From NCBI GenBank assembly GCA_049517415.1, contig JBEKSC010000006.1:33018-97017 (forward strand): DNA of 64,000 bases. The letters are read 5' to 3'. Origin of the DNA: Candidatus Bathyarchaeia archaeon. Lineage in GTDB: Archaea; Thermoproteota; Bathyarchaeia; 40CM-2-53-6. The position numbers were made by a program, and so were the translations under genes. Numbering within the stretch: the first letter of the stretch is position 1; every line of letters begins with the position of its first letter. Of this stretch, positions 18,304 through 27,969 are shown piece by piece. The notes under the pieces are model-generated. The model was not told the DNA's origin and did no database searches. It was given only the letters and a program-made list of their open reading frames with translations.

Positions 18304-20973
18304 TTGAGGAGAAACGGTTTGTACGTTTACTTGTTCGAAGAAGGCAGCACGAAGCTCCGGAACCTCCTTGGCGGCAAGGGGGCAGATTTAGCAGAGATGA
18401 CAGGCCTCGGCCTCCCTGTCCCACCTGGCATGACCGTAACAACCGAGGCATGCAACTACTACAATTCTCACGGGTCAGAGTTCCCAGATGGGCTTGAAGA
18501 CGAAATCCGCGTGAAAATGAAAACCATTGAATCGAGAACCCAAAGAACCTTCGGAGACGCTGCAAATCCGCTGCTGGTTTCCGTTCGGTCCGGTGCACCA
18601 ATCTCAATGCCGGGAATGATGGATACGGTACTTAACCTTGGTCTGAACGACAAAACAGTGAACGGGCTCATCCGACAGACGAGTAACGAACGATTTGCGT
18701 ACGACGCCTACAGACGTTTCGTTCAGATGTTCGGCAAAGTAGTACTCGGAGTTAGGGGCGACGCTTTCGAATCAATCATTCGACAAAGCAAAGAAAGGTT
18801 GGGTTTGAAATCTGATGTTGAAGTCGACGCGAAGACCTGGGCGACACTAGTTCAAGAATTCAAAGGTCTTATCGAAAAGGAGACGGGACAGGCCTATCCC
18901 GAGGACCCCAGGATCCAGCTGCAGATGGCAGTTGCGGCAGTCTTCCGATCATGGAATGGGCAACGGGCGGTCTTCTACCGTCTGACCAACAAGATTCCTG
19001 AAACGCTTGGGACGGCGGTCAATGTTCAGTCCATGGTCTTCGGAAACATGGGCACTGATTCAGGGACCGGCGTTTGTTTCACGAGAAACCCTTCATCGGG
19101 TGAACCAAAGCTATTTGGCGAGTTTCTCTTGAACGCGCAGGGCGAAGACGTCGTTGCCGGAATCAGAACGCCTAAACCAATAGCCCAACTAGCCGATGAA
19201 ATGCCCACCGTCTACAGCCAATTGCTCGATGTGTGCAAACTCCTGGAACACCATTTCAGGGAAATGCAAGATATCGAATTCACAGTTGAAAGAGGAAGGC
19301 TATTCATCCTTCAAACCCGCTCAGGGAAGCGAACCGCCACTGCCGCCGTCCGAATCGCTGCCGATATGGTCAAGGAAGAGCTGCTTACGAAGCAACAGGC
19401 ACTGCTTCGGATTCTGCCCTCGCATCTCGAACAACTTGTCCACAAGCAGATTGATCCAAGCTTCAATGCCAAACCGATAGCTACTGGCTTACCAGCGTCG
19501 CCTGGTGCTGCAACTGGGAAAGTGATTTTCGATACTGACGAAGCTTACTCTTTGGGCTCCAACGGAGAGGACGTCATACTCGTTAGGGAGGAGACTACAC
19601 CGGAGGACATTCACGGTATGGTTGCCGCTAAGGGAGTGCTCACGAGCAGGGGAGGGATGACATCTCATGCCGCGGTTGTGGCCCGAGGGATGGGAAAGCC
19701 CGCCGTCGTTGGTTGCGAACAGATAAGCATTGATCTGGCCACTGATTCCTTGCAGACGCGCAGGGTTACGGTAAACAAGAATGACATAATCACAATCGAT
19801 GGGACCACTGGTAATGTGCTACTCGGCGTTGTGCCCACAATTGAACCGAAGCTAAGTGATGAAGCCCAGCAATTGTTAACCTGGGCTGATGAGACTAGAA
19901 AGCTCGGAGTCAGGGGGAACGCTGACACTCCAGAAGGGGCTATCGTGGCTAGGCAGTTTGGGGCTGGCGGGATTGGCCTTTGTCGAACCGAACGAATGTT
20001 CAACGCACAGGACCGGCTTCCCATTGTCCAAGAGATGATCCTCTCGACAACCGAAGAGGAGCGGTTTCGCGCTCTGGAGAAGTTGAGGCCTCTACAGAAG
20101 GAGGATTTCAAACAAATACTGCGCAATATGCATGACCTACCAGTTACGATCCGATTATTGGATCTTCCACTCCACGAGTTTCTACCCAAATACGAAGAAT
20201 TGACAGCCGAAGTTGCCTCGCTGAAGGCGACAGGCGCCGACGCGGATTTGCTGGATTCGAAGGAACGAATGCTCAGGAAAGTCATGACATTGGCTGAACA
20301 TAATCCAATGCTAGGCCATAGGGGCTGCAGACTTGCGATAAGCCACCCTGAAATTTACGAAATGCAAACTCGCTCTATCTTCGAAGCCGCAGGCGAATTG
20401 CAACGCGAAGGAGTTAGAGTTCGGGTGGAGATCATGCTCCCCCTTGTTGGAGCTGCCAATGAGATTCGATTCCTGCGCGAAAAGATAACCTCCGTGGCCT
20501 CTAAGGTGATGGAGGAGAAGCGCATCAATATCGATTACAAGATAGGGACTATGATAGAAGTTCCTAGAGCTGCATTGACGGCGGACGAAATAGCCCGCTA
20601 TGCTGATTTCTTCTCCTTCGGGACAAACGATCTCACGCAGGCGACATTTGCATTCAGCAGGGATGATGCGGAAGCGAAGTTCTTCAAGGACTATTTCGAC
20701 AAGAAGATCCTGAACTCCAACCCATTCGAGGTTCTTGACAGAGAAGGCGTTGGTAGGTTAATGCGCCTGGCTGTGGAGGCGGGTAGGAAGAGCAATCCTC
20801 AGCTAAAGGTTGGCATTTGTGGTGAACACGGCGGGGAGCCAAGCTCAGTTGAATTCTGCCATCAACTGAACCTCGATTATGTTAGTTGTTCCCCATACAG
20901 AGTCCCCGTTGCACGCCTCGTCGCAGCCCAAGCAGAAGTCAAGGAGAGAATGATTTCAATCAGCGAAAACTGA
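18304..20973 (+). CDS. ppdK: Pyruvate, phosphate dikinase
   Basis: LLGGKG, SVRSGA..SMPGMMDT, GGMTSHAAVVAR, FGTNDL and CGEHGG motifs. Confidence 0.96.
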   Translation: MRRNGLYVYLFEEGSTKLRNLLGGKGADLAEMTGLGLPVPPGMTVTTEACNYYNSHGSEFPDGLEDEIRVKMKTIESRTQRTFGDAANPLLVSVRSGAPISMPGMMDTVLNLGLNDKTVNGLIRQTSNERFAYDAYRRFVQMFGKVVLGVRGDAFESIIRQSKERLGLKSDVEVDAKTWATLVQEFKGLIEKETGQAYPEDPRIQLQMAVAAVFRSWNGQRAVFYRLTNKIPETLGTAVNVQSMVFGNMGTDSGTGVCFTRNPSSGEPKLFGEFLLNAQGEDVVAGIRTPKPIAQLADEMPTVYSQLLDVCKLLEHHFREMQDIEFTVERGRLFILQTRSGKRTATAAVRIAADMVKEELLTKQQALLRILPSHLEQLVHKQIDPSFNAKPIATGLPASPGAATGKVIFDTDEAYSLGSNGEDVILVREETTPEDIHGMVAAKGVLTSRGGMTSHAAVVARGMGKPAVVGCEQISIDLATDSLQTRRVTVNKNDIITIDGTTGNVLLGVVPTIEPKLSDEAQQLLTWADETRKLGVRGNADTPEGAIVARQFGAGGIGLCRTERMFNAQDRLPIVQEMILSTTEEERFRALEKLRPLQKEDFKQILRNMHDLPVTIRLLDLPLHEFLPKYEELTAEVASLKATGADADLLDSKERMLRKVMTLAEHNPMLGHRGCRLAISHPEIYEMQTRSIFEAAGELQREGVRVRVEIMLPLVGAANEIRFLREKITSVASKVMEEKRINIDYKIGTMIEVPRAALTADEIARYADFFSFGTNDLTQATFAFSRDDAEAKFFKDYFDKKILNSNPFEVLDREGVGRLMRLAVEAGRKSNPQLKVGICGEHGGEPSSVEFCHQLNLDYVSCSPYRVPVARLVAAQAEVKERMISISEN

Positions 20974-21040
20974 TTACGCTCATCAAAAGTGATCTGTTCA
21001 GTATCACCACACCATAAGTTGCGATTTCAGGTAAGGATCA

Positions 21041-22762
21041 TTGTCTGAGAGCCGACCAGTCGTCATGGGTACACGTGGTGCCATTACCACTTCAAACTAT
21101 ATGGCAACATCGGCCGGATTTGAAATCCTTCTGGCCGGGGGAAACGCAATCGATGCTTCCATTGCTGCAGGATTGGCGCTGCATGTTGTCGAACCACATA
21201 TGAATGGAATCGGCGGCGAAACCCCAATACTTCTGTACTCTGCTAGAAAGCGTAGAATCTTTGCCATATCAGGGCAAGGGCCTGCCCCAAAGGCAGCGAC
21301 TCTCGAATTCTTCGAAGGAAACGGAATCAGGTTAATTCCAGGCGACGGTCTTCTTCCCGCAACGGTCCCCGCGTCCTTTGACGCATGGATTACTTGCCTT
21401 AGGTTTTTTGGAACGATGACTCTCAGGGAAGTGATTGCCCCCGCCATTAGACTGGCCGAGGAAGGTTTTCCGGTGTATGCCGCGCTTCATGAGATTGTGA
21501 CGCGACATGCCAAGCGTTTTCTCAGCGAATGGCCTACAACTGCAAGAATCTATCTTCCGCGAGGCAGAATTCCTCGAATTGGCGAGGTTCTGAGGCAAAA
21601 TGAACTGGCGAAGACTCTTCGCAGCCTAGCGGAGGCGGAGCGCCGCGCTGGGAAGAACAGGGAGAAGGGGCTCGAAGCAGCGAGGCACTATTTCTACGAA
21701 GGGCCTATAGCGCGAGAGATCGCGCAGTTCGCGGCAAAACGATCATTCAAGGATGCAACCGGAAAATATCACAACGGGTTAATCACCGCGGAAGATCTCG
21801 CCGACTACAAAACGAGAATAGAGAAAACTGTCAACATAGACTACAAAGGTGTAACCGTTCATAAATGCGGACCTTGGAGCCAAGGACCCGTTCTCCTCCA
21901 ACAGTTACGATTGCTTGAAGACTACGATCTAAGACGACTTCGACACAACTCAGCCGACTATATTCATCTAATCACGGAAGCATCAAAGCTTGCTTTCGCG
22001 GACCGGGAAGCTTTCTACGGTGACCCGCTTTACACCGACGTTCCTCTCACAAGACTACTTTCGCGGGACTACTCTAGGAAGAGAAAGGAGCTTATCGACA
22101 TGAGAAAGGCGTCACTAACACTCCGGACAGGCAGCGGATCTCACATCCCAGTGTCAGAAGGTACTCGGCTCTATACTGGTGACACGACCCACCTTGATGC
22201 CGTCGACTCAGATGGTAACATGGTTTCTGCAACCCCTAGCGGCGGGTGGATTACGAGTTCTCCCGTAATCGAGGGTCTGGGGTTTCCTCTGGGAACACGA
22301 GGCCAAATGTTCTCATTAGACGCTGCACACCCGAATTGTCTGGCGCCAGGGAAACGCCCGCGAACAACGTTAACTCCAAGCCTCATCAGTTCGAAAAGAC
22401 GACCTGTTCTGGCCTTTGGGACGCCTGGCGGAGACCAACAAGACCAGTGGGCACTTCAATTCTTTCTCAATTTCATGGAGTTCGGCATGGATCTCCAGGC
22501 AGCGATCGATGCTCCATCGTTCCATAATCAGCATTTTCCAAGCTCCTTCTATCCTAGGAAGGCCGAGCTTGGCAGCCTGTACGTGGAAGGGCGAATACCC
22601 AGAGGAATCGTGAACGAATTGAGGAGTAGAGGTCATAACGTGATTGTCCAAGGTGATTGGGTGAACGGCCGTATGACAGCAGCACATTATGATTGGGAGA
22701 ATAATGTAGTGAGTGCCGCCGCCTCGTCGCGATATCAGATAGCCTACGCATTAGCACATTAA
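21041..22762 (+). CDS. ggt: Gamma-glutamyltransferase family protein
   Basis: GGNAIDA, autocleavage site DTTH, PGKRPRTTL and GTPGG motifs. Confidence 0.92.
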   Translation: MSESRPVVMGTRGAITTSNYMATSAGFEILLAGGNAIDASIAAGLALHVVEPHMNGIGGETPILLYSARKRRIFAISGQGPAPKAATLEFFEGNGIRLIPGDGLLPATVPASFDAWITCLRFFGTMTLREVIAPAIRLAEEGFPVYAALHEIVTRHAKRFLSEWPTTARIYLPRGRIPRIGEVLRQNELAKTLRSLAEAERRAGKNREKGLEAARHYFYEGPIAREIAQFAAKRSFKDATGKYHNGLITAEDLADYKTRIEKTVNIDYKGVTVHKCGPWSQGPVLLQQLRLLEDYDLRRLRHNSADYIHLITEASKLAFADREAFYGDPLYTDVPLTRLLSRDYSRKRKELIDMRKASLTLRTGSGSHIPVSEGTRLYTGDTTHLDAVDSDGNMVSATPSGGWITSSPVIEGLGFPLGTRGQMFSLDAAHPNCLAPGKRPRTTLTPSLISSKRRPVLAFGTPGGDQQDQWALQFFLNFMEFGMDLQAAIDAPSFHNQHFPSSFYPRKAELGSLYVEGRIPRGIVNELRSRGHNVIVQGDWVNGRMTAAHYDWENNVVSAAASSRYQIAYALAH

Positions 22763-22828
22763 TGCGAGTGACTCTCGAAGCGCCATTGAAGATAAGCACA
22801 CACTGGTAGGATACCTATACAATTGTAC

Positions 22829-22858
22829 TGGTGGGCCGGGAGAGATTTGAACTCTCGA
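22829..22858 (-). repeat. Isolated tRNA 3' end (T-arm, acceptor strand and CCA); imperfect direct repeat of 23687-23716
   Basis: Minus strand TCGAGAGTTCAAATCTCTCCCGGCCCACCA; no D-arm or anticodon upstream. Confidence 0.85.
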
Positions 22859-22934
22859 GCAGTCTTGAGTACTTTCATTCATCTCTGGTTCTTCTTGCTT
22901 TCAAGAAACTCTCTATATTCGGAAGAGTGGGCCA

Positions 22935-23708
22935 TTGATTCCGGAAGGAACGAAAATCGATATCATAACAAGAGTCCAGTCAGGTCAGTCGATTCGTCAC
23001 GTTGCACAAGATCTTGGCATTCCACTTTCAACTGCTTACCATCACGGCCGGAGTTTCTGTAATCATCAATCGCGAATCGAGATGAACATGCTGAGGCAAG
23101 GCCAGCTGGGTTACTTGCTAGGGATGTTCGTAGGAGACGGGAGTCTCATTCGGGATAAGCCTCGAGGGGAGTTCCTTGTCAAGATTGCTTTGAACAGGAG
23201 AAGAGATTTGGACATTGTTCAATTCGTTACGCTAATGTTTGAAAAAGCAGGTAAGAAAGTCAACTTTCTAACTGAGCGAGGCATGATCATAATTAGAGTC
23301 TGGTCTAAGATTTTCTATGAATTCATCGAAGATTACGTTAAGCTCGAAAGAAACCATCTATCCCATCATCACACGAAAATTCTCTTGCGCACCCAGCGAT
23401 GGACTCGGGAGTTTGCTCTTGGTTTCATTGGCGGCCTAATAGACAGCGATGGCCATGTCGTTAGCAACTGGAAAGGCGGTCATTACGGTGCGGTAGTGAC
23501 TACGAGTAGTAGTTCTCTCAAACGACAACTCTGCAGTCTATGCGACGCTCTTGGTATCAATGTGACCAGCCATGTACAAGCGCGTGACCCCTTTCAGGGC
23601 AAGTCTCTTTATTCAGTGTATATCCGGTCGCCTGATTTGCATGCATTATGTGGAACACTACTTTCCGTAAAACATTCGAGGTTTCATGGTGGGCCGGGGC
23701 GGATTTGA
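22935..23708 (+). CDS. HTH + double-motif LAGLIDADG endonuclease-like protein
   Basis: N-terminal SIRHVAQDLGIPLSTAY HTH; YLLGMFVGDG and FIGGLIDSDG motifs; last codons overlap the tRNA 3' end in antisense. Confidence 0.85.
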   Translation: MIPEGTKIDIITRVQSGQSIRHVAQDLGIPLSTAYHHGRSFCNHQSRIEMNMLRQGQLGYLLGMFVGDGSLIRDKPRGEFLVKIALNRRRDLDIVQFVTLMFEKAGKKVNFLTERGMIIIRVWSKIFYEFIEDYVKLERNHLSHHHTKILLRTQRWTREFALGFIGGLIDSDGHVVSNWKGGHYGAVVTTSSSSLKRQLCSLCDALGINVTSHVQARDPFQGKSLYSVYIRSPDLHALCGTLLSVKHSRFHGGPGRI

Positions 23709-23781
23709 ACCACCGACCACCTGTTTACAGTTTGTTGTCTCGTGTCAGGCAGGTATCCTAACCAGACTAGACGACCGGCCC
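23687..23781 (-). tRNA. tRNA-Val(GAC) with a 17-nt non-canonical intron at 39/40 (23724-23740); CCA encoded
   Basis: GGGCCGG acceptor; CCTGC-CT-GAC-AC-G|CAGG anticodon arm restored on removing AGACAACAAACTGTAAA; GGTGG-TTCAAAT-CCGCC T-arm; relaxed BHB. Confidence 0.88.
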
Positions 23782-23954
23782 AAAGTGGCGTTGAATGAAG
23801 AGCGCAGAGAAATAAAGACTACCCAATAGGTTGCACCCTTTCCGAGAGTTCCATGAGCCTGAGGTTGGGTCGAAGCGACTTTAGGGCGCCAACTTCGTTA
23901 AGAAATCGGAAGGTCTTTTTGTGAAGAGGAGAAATGTTGTAGGAGCTGGTAGGT

Positions 23955-24308
23955 TTGCCTAGACTTTACGACCAAATAATGCGTTTTGATAAACAGGTCC
24001 GCTTCGCTGCCATTGTGGATGGCCACGGCCGAATCTTGGAAGGGGGCATGCGTGAGGGCGTTGAGCCAATCGAACCCCTCGAAAAGACACCACACCTAAT
24101 CGCGATGTTGGTCTCATTTCAGAAAGCTGAAGACCTGGCAGATTTCTTCGGCAGACCCGAGTATTCAATCCTGGTTCATGAGAAGATAATGGCCCTGCTC
24201 TTTCGTTCGGAGAAGAAATTCGTGCTTGTTACGGCCAGCAGGAAATTCAGCCTAAACAAAATTGCAAGGTTACGGAACTTGATTATGAAAAGGCGCCAAA
24301 AGCGCTGA
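23955..24308 (+). CDS. DUF6659-like roadblock/profilin-fold hypothetical protein
   Basis: VRFAAIVD..GRIL.GGMREGV pattern seen in TACK hypothetical proteins. Confidence 0.6.
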   Translation: MPRLYDQIMRFDKQVRFAAIVDGHGRILEGGMREGVEPIEPLEKTPHLIAMLVSFQKAEDLADFFGRPEYSILVHEKIMALLFRSEKKFVLVTASRKFSLNKIARLRNLIMKRRQKR

Positions 24309-24323
24309 AGACGTTTAATCTGA

Positions 24324-25508
24324 TCAGTCGCTCGAAGGGGCGACTGTTAAGGGCAGAGCTGTTCGAGGTTCCGCTGGTTCCTCAACTGTGGTCGGCCGAC
24401 CCTTATCAAAAATCCTACGAATCCATTGTGTCACGTATGTTGATGGTAGCTCCCAGAGCATGACCCTCTTGCTGTGTCGCATCGAATCATACATGAAACA
24501 GATGTGTGTGCAAAAACATTGATCGAGCTCCACCTGACGTACTTCCATCTTCCGTTCCAGTGAACCCCAAAACTCTTTGAAATTCATCCCATAACGTCTT
24601 AGGTTTCCTATGGGTTTTCGGAGTTCGCAGACCCTTACATCCCCATTGTAATCAATGACTACTGAGGTTTGACCTGCTGTGCATGGCATCTTCCACTTTG
24701 CGCGCTCAACATAATTCCGATATTGCGTCTCATAGCTGAAAGCGTACCCTGCCTTCCAATACGCCCTCATCAATGGATCCAGCAATGATTTCTTCCGCGA
24801 GGGTTTCGAGAGATATCGGAAATTAATCGGTAATACTTCTCGATAGATGCGTCCGAGCTTCTGTGGTTCTACTACTTGCAGCGCTGGGTCTTTTGGGTCT
24901 CCGCGTATGACTTGGAAGTAGTGCCCATCGAGATCGCTTTTCTCCTGGAAAAAGCGGACCATCATTGCAATTTCATTTTGATTTTCCTGTGTAATGACCG
25001 AATTTATGTAGAGTGTGAAGTTGGGCCAATGAGTTCTCAGAGCTTGAAGTTCAGCGATTGTGGCGAGGGCCTTCTCGAAGTTTCCTTGGACTCCCCTAAT
25101 CTTGTCGTGCGTCTCGCCGAGACCATCTATTGAAACGTCGATTTCAAGGTGAAGTTCGGGGCATGTATGCAGAACTTCTTTCACGACCTGGACAGTTTGG
25201 ACGGTGGGGAGCCCATTGGTCGGGATGCGTACATCGCGAATCTTGTTGTTGCGGTAGAATAGTTGTATTATTCCAGCAAGGTCCTTTCTAAGGAAAGGTT
25301 CACCGCCGGATACCCAAAGGTCGTGAAATTCAGGCATCGTTGATGAGAGTTTAGTTAATTCCTCAAATGTGAGGTCGCCCTTGCGGTTTAGTTCAAGCCA
25401 GTAGAAGCATGTTCGGCATCTGGCGTTGCAGATAGAGGTTACAAAGAGGATGACTAGGTCAAGCTGTTTTACGAAGAGGGGTTTTACGAACGCTTCACGG
25501 TGAGGCAA
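24324..25508 (-). CDS. Radical SAM/SPASM domain protein
   Basis: CNARCRTC, SGGEPFLR, HDKIRG motifs; C-terminal CTAG..C..CFCTHIC. Confidence 0.9.
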   Translation of the reverse strand: MPHREAFVKPLFVKQLDLVILFVTSICNARCRTCFYWLELNRKGDLTFEELTKLSSTMPEFHDLWVSGGEPFLRKDLAGIIQLFYRNNKIRDVRIPTNGLPTVQTVQVVKEVLHTCPELHLEIDVSIDGLGETHDKIRGVQGNFEKALATIAELQALRTHWPNFTLYINSVITQENQNEIAMMVRFFQEKSDLDGHYFQVIRGDPKDPALQVVEPQKLGRIYREVLPINFRYLSKPSRKKSLLDPLMRAYWKAGYAFSYETQYRNYVERAKWKMPCTAGQTSVVIDYNGDVRVCELRKPIGNLRRYGMNFKEFWGSLERKMEVRQVELDQCFCTHICFMYDSMRHSKRVMLWELPSTYVTQWIRRIFDKGRPTTVEEPAEPRTALPLTVAPSSD

Positions 25509-26637
25509 GCGGTTTCATTTCCGTCAACTTGTAAATCCGACCGCGCCATTCGATTTTACGGGTTCGGGCCGAATTAATTATGCAGTATGTCATAACCCAA
25601 GGAACAATAAGGCTTGTGATTGCTTCTTTGAATTTCGCTCTCCGGAATTCTTCTTTGAATTGTGGCATGGCTCGACTGAAAGTCGAGTTGCGCTGGGTGC
25701 TTCGCATCATGCCTAGGAGGCATGGCGTGAAAAGCAAGGCTGATGGCACCAACCACAATGGGGCCATCATAACCCCACATACAAAGCTAATGAGGCCCAG
25801 CAGAAACACGAAATCGAAAAATGCGTAAGCTCCCGCCGCATAATTCCAGAGGCCCTCGTTGTAGACCTTAGTTAGAGCAGTCTGACGAGTCGTCCACCTT
25901 AGAAATTCGTGCCGGTCAGTTTGATTGAAAGTGGCGACGGTGCATTGGGGAAGAAATGTTGTTCGGTAACCATGCTTTCTTAATGCGGCGTTCAGGGCCA
26001 AATCGTCGCTGATTGCGGTGGACCATATGCGCCTAATGCCAATCTTATCAAGCGTTTCTGCCCTTACAGCCATCGCTCCACCCCAAGGGAAATTGTACCG
26101 GTCGTTGAAGAGCAGGTTCGTTCCAGAAGCGTTCCACGCCGACTCAGCGTAGGACCAAAATCCGCCCCGAGAGGGGAAGAGCCAACGAAAACCAGTTGTA
26201 GCTCCCACAGACTCATCGCTGAGTGGATCAACTAGATTTCCAAGCCAAGTGGGCGTTACTCGTGCATCGCTATCTACAAAGGCGTAGACCTGCGCTTGTC
26301 CCAAATCTCGCGACAAAGCGGTTAGGAGCGCTGCAACCTTCCCACTAGCAGAGACCGCGGGATCTGAAGTGTAAATATGATCATTTCCATCCGAGCAACG
26401 CGACAATACTGACTTGGCTACGGCGTAAGCTGGGTCTTCAGTTGAATCAACAACAATTGCAGTGTGATAGTCATCGTACTTTTGGTGTAACACGGCTGCT
26501 AGGTTTTCTTCTAGACCTGGTTCTTCTCCTTTACACGCCATGATCAGGCAGACCCGGGGGCGAAAACCTAGCTGCGGCCTCGCAAGCGCCTCTGAGGCTT
26601 TACGGTCAAATTCCAAACCCAAGTACAAAGAGTACAA
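25495..26637 (-). CDS. GT2 glycosyltransferase (ceramide-glucosyltransferase/HpnI-like); true start probably upstream (about 26703-26716)
   Basis: GKV, FVDSD, WGGAMA, SDD, RW..RQ and IEWRGRIY motifs; frame open upstream with a TM helix. Confidence 0.85.
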   Translation of the reverse strand: MYSLYLGLEFDRKASEALARPQLGFRPRVCLIMACKGEEPGLEENLAAVLHQKYDDYHTAIVVDSTEDPAYAVAKSVLSRCSDGNDHIYTSDPAVSASGKVAALLTALSRDLGQAQVYAFVDSDARVTPTWLGNLVDPLSDESVGATTGFRWLFPSRGGFWSYAESAWNASGTNLLFNDRYNFPWGGAMAVRAETLDKIGIRRIWSTAISDDLALNAALRKHGYRTTFLPQCTVATFNQTDRHEFLRWTTRQTALTKVYNEGLWNYAAGAYAFFDFVFLLGLISFVCGVMMAPLWLVPSALLFTPCLLGMMRSTQRNSTFSRAMPQFKEEFRRAKFKEAITSLIVPWVMTYCIINSARTRKIEWRGRIYKLTEMKPLASP

Positions 26638-26735
26638 CGAAGCTGCGGCAGCCAGAAAACCAACTATGAGGAGGAAAACGTAAAGGCCCTCTCCAGGGGA
26701 CAGAGGATATCCCCACTAATGCTGGATATATGTAA

Positions 26736-26930
26736 CTAAGCTTCGATAACTTCGCATCTAATCTGTTTCAGCAACACGGCGGCTTGTTCCGGATCAATCT
26801 TGATTGTGTACAGCTGACTAGCAGTTCTGAGCTTCAGTTTCACAATATCCTTCAGCCGTTTCACACGGCATTCTGTAGCTCGCTCTGAAATCTTCAAGAA
26901 TTGTTCCGTGTCAGAAATCTCAGTCGGCAT
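26736..26930 (-). CDS. rpl38e: Ribosomal protein eL38
   Basis: MP.EI.D..FL..S.RA..CRVK....VKLKLRT...LYT pattern. Confidence 0.85.
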   Translation of the reverse strand: MPTEISDTEQFLKISERATECRVKRLKDIVKLKLRTASQLYTIKIDPEQAAVLLKQIRCEVIEA

Positions 26931-26981
26931 TCTAGCTCGGCTCTCTAAGAAAGGTTGGGAGAATATAAACCTGAACAGAAT

Positions 26982-27827
26982 TCAGGGCGTGAAAATCAGC
27001 AGCTCTTCTTCGTATCGCCTTCCATTAACTATTGAACCGGGAGGTCTTCTCTCAACATGCCTTTTGGCAAGTAGCTCACCGAGTTTTCTGTCAGCCTCCT
27101 CGCGCGAAATCGAGGGGTCGGTGAGCATCTTGAGTGGTACATCTACTCTGAGAGGGCGAGAGGGCATCACGTGGCGTGTTATTTTGTGAGGCAGGAGGTG
27201 CCCCGTGAGGCCGAATTCGCGAATTTGCTGTTTGCTGAAAATCGGCACAGAAATAATGAGATTCAGTTCGTTTGACTGCATTTTTTGCAGAGCAGTATCT
27301 TCCGGCGAGTAAGTCACAGCGTGTCCTTGCTTGACCATCGTTTTTTCGAGGCTTGCAGCCGTTCTTGCGAGTTGAACTGGGTCTATCGATTCAGGTAATG
27401 AGAACTCTGCACTGGTTCTGGTTAATATGATAGTTTGAGAATCGTTGTTCATTTTCCCCAGCTCAACCTTTCGCGATGAGTAGTGTAGCCCAGCGTCTTT
27501 TAGCAGTCTTTCCGCGACTGTTTCAGCGTCGTCTACCGCGAAAAGCCTGAACCATGCTCCTACTTTGATTAGGGGGTTGTCGTAGTCGACCAGGCAGCAA
27601 GGAACGAAACGACATTTTAGCAGCCTCAATGAGTTGAAGCGGTGCATTCCATCTAGAATCACATAATCTTCCTGATCAACGATCAGTGGATCTCGTAGTT
27701 CTCCCACTCTCAGAACATCATTCGCGAGTGATCCAACAACAGGGTCTATGACTTCTTCGTGCGGCTTGAGCTCGTCAAGGTTGACCATGGAAATTCTGAA
27801 ACTCAGCTTTGACCCGCTAATTTCCAT
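26982..27827 (-). CDS. ParB/Srx N-terminal domain protein (SerK/SbnI-like)
   Basis: LKPHEE, PLIVD, ILDGMHR and PHKITRH motifs. Confidence 0.7.
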   Translation of the reverse strand: MEISGSKLSFRISMVNLDELKPHEEVIDPVVGSLANDVLRVGELRDPLIVDQEDYVILDGMHRFNSLRLLKCRFVPCCLVDYDNPLIKVGAWFRLFAVDDAETVAERLLKDAGLHYSSRKVELGKMNNDSQTIILTRTSAEFSLPESIDPVQLARTAASLEKTMVKQGHAVTYSPEDTALQKMQSNELNLIISVPIFSKQQIREFGLTGHLLPHKITRHVMPSRPLRVDVPLKMLTDPSISREEADRKLGELLAKRHVERRPPGSIVNGRRYEEELLIFTP

Positions 27828-27969
27828 TCTTCAAGCCTCGCAGCAAGGTCGGTTGGAGTAGGCTGTAAGCGTTACTGACAAGTGTTCGGTTTGAAAAGGG
27901 CGGTAGGTCAGCAGAAGAAAGAGTAGGGGAAATAGTTCGAACTGTTCCAAACGCGTCCTAAGATGGATT

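Noticed and set aside
22829..22880. 3' half of a trans-spliced split tRNA
   Set aside because: No leader complementary to a 5' half or BHB-forming flank is visible, and the nearby tRNA-Val already has its own 3' end. It cannot be fully excluded without the whole genome.
22823..23062. 79-aa plus-strand ORF
   Set aside because: It starts in the antisense tRNA fragment and overlaps the LAGLIDADG gene in another frame.
22935..23708. LAGLIDADG as an intron- or intein-encoded endonuclease
   Set aside because: It is antisense to and outside the tRNA body, with no intein splice motifs or host gene.
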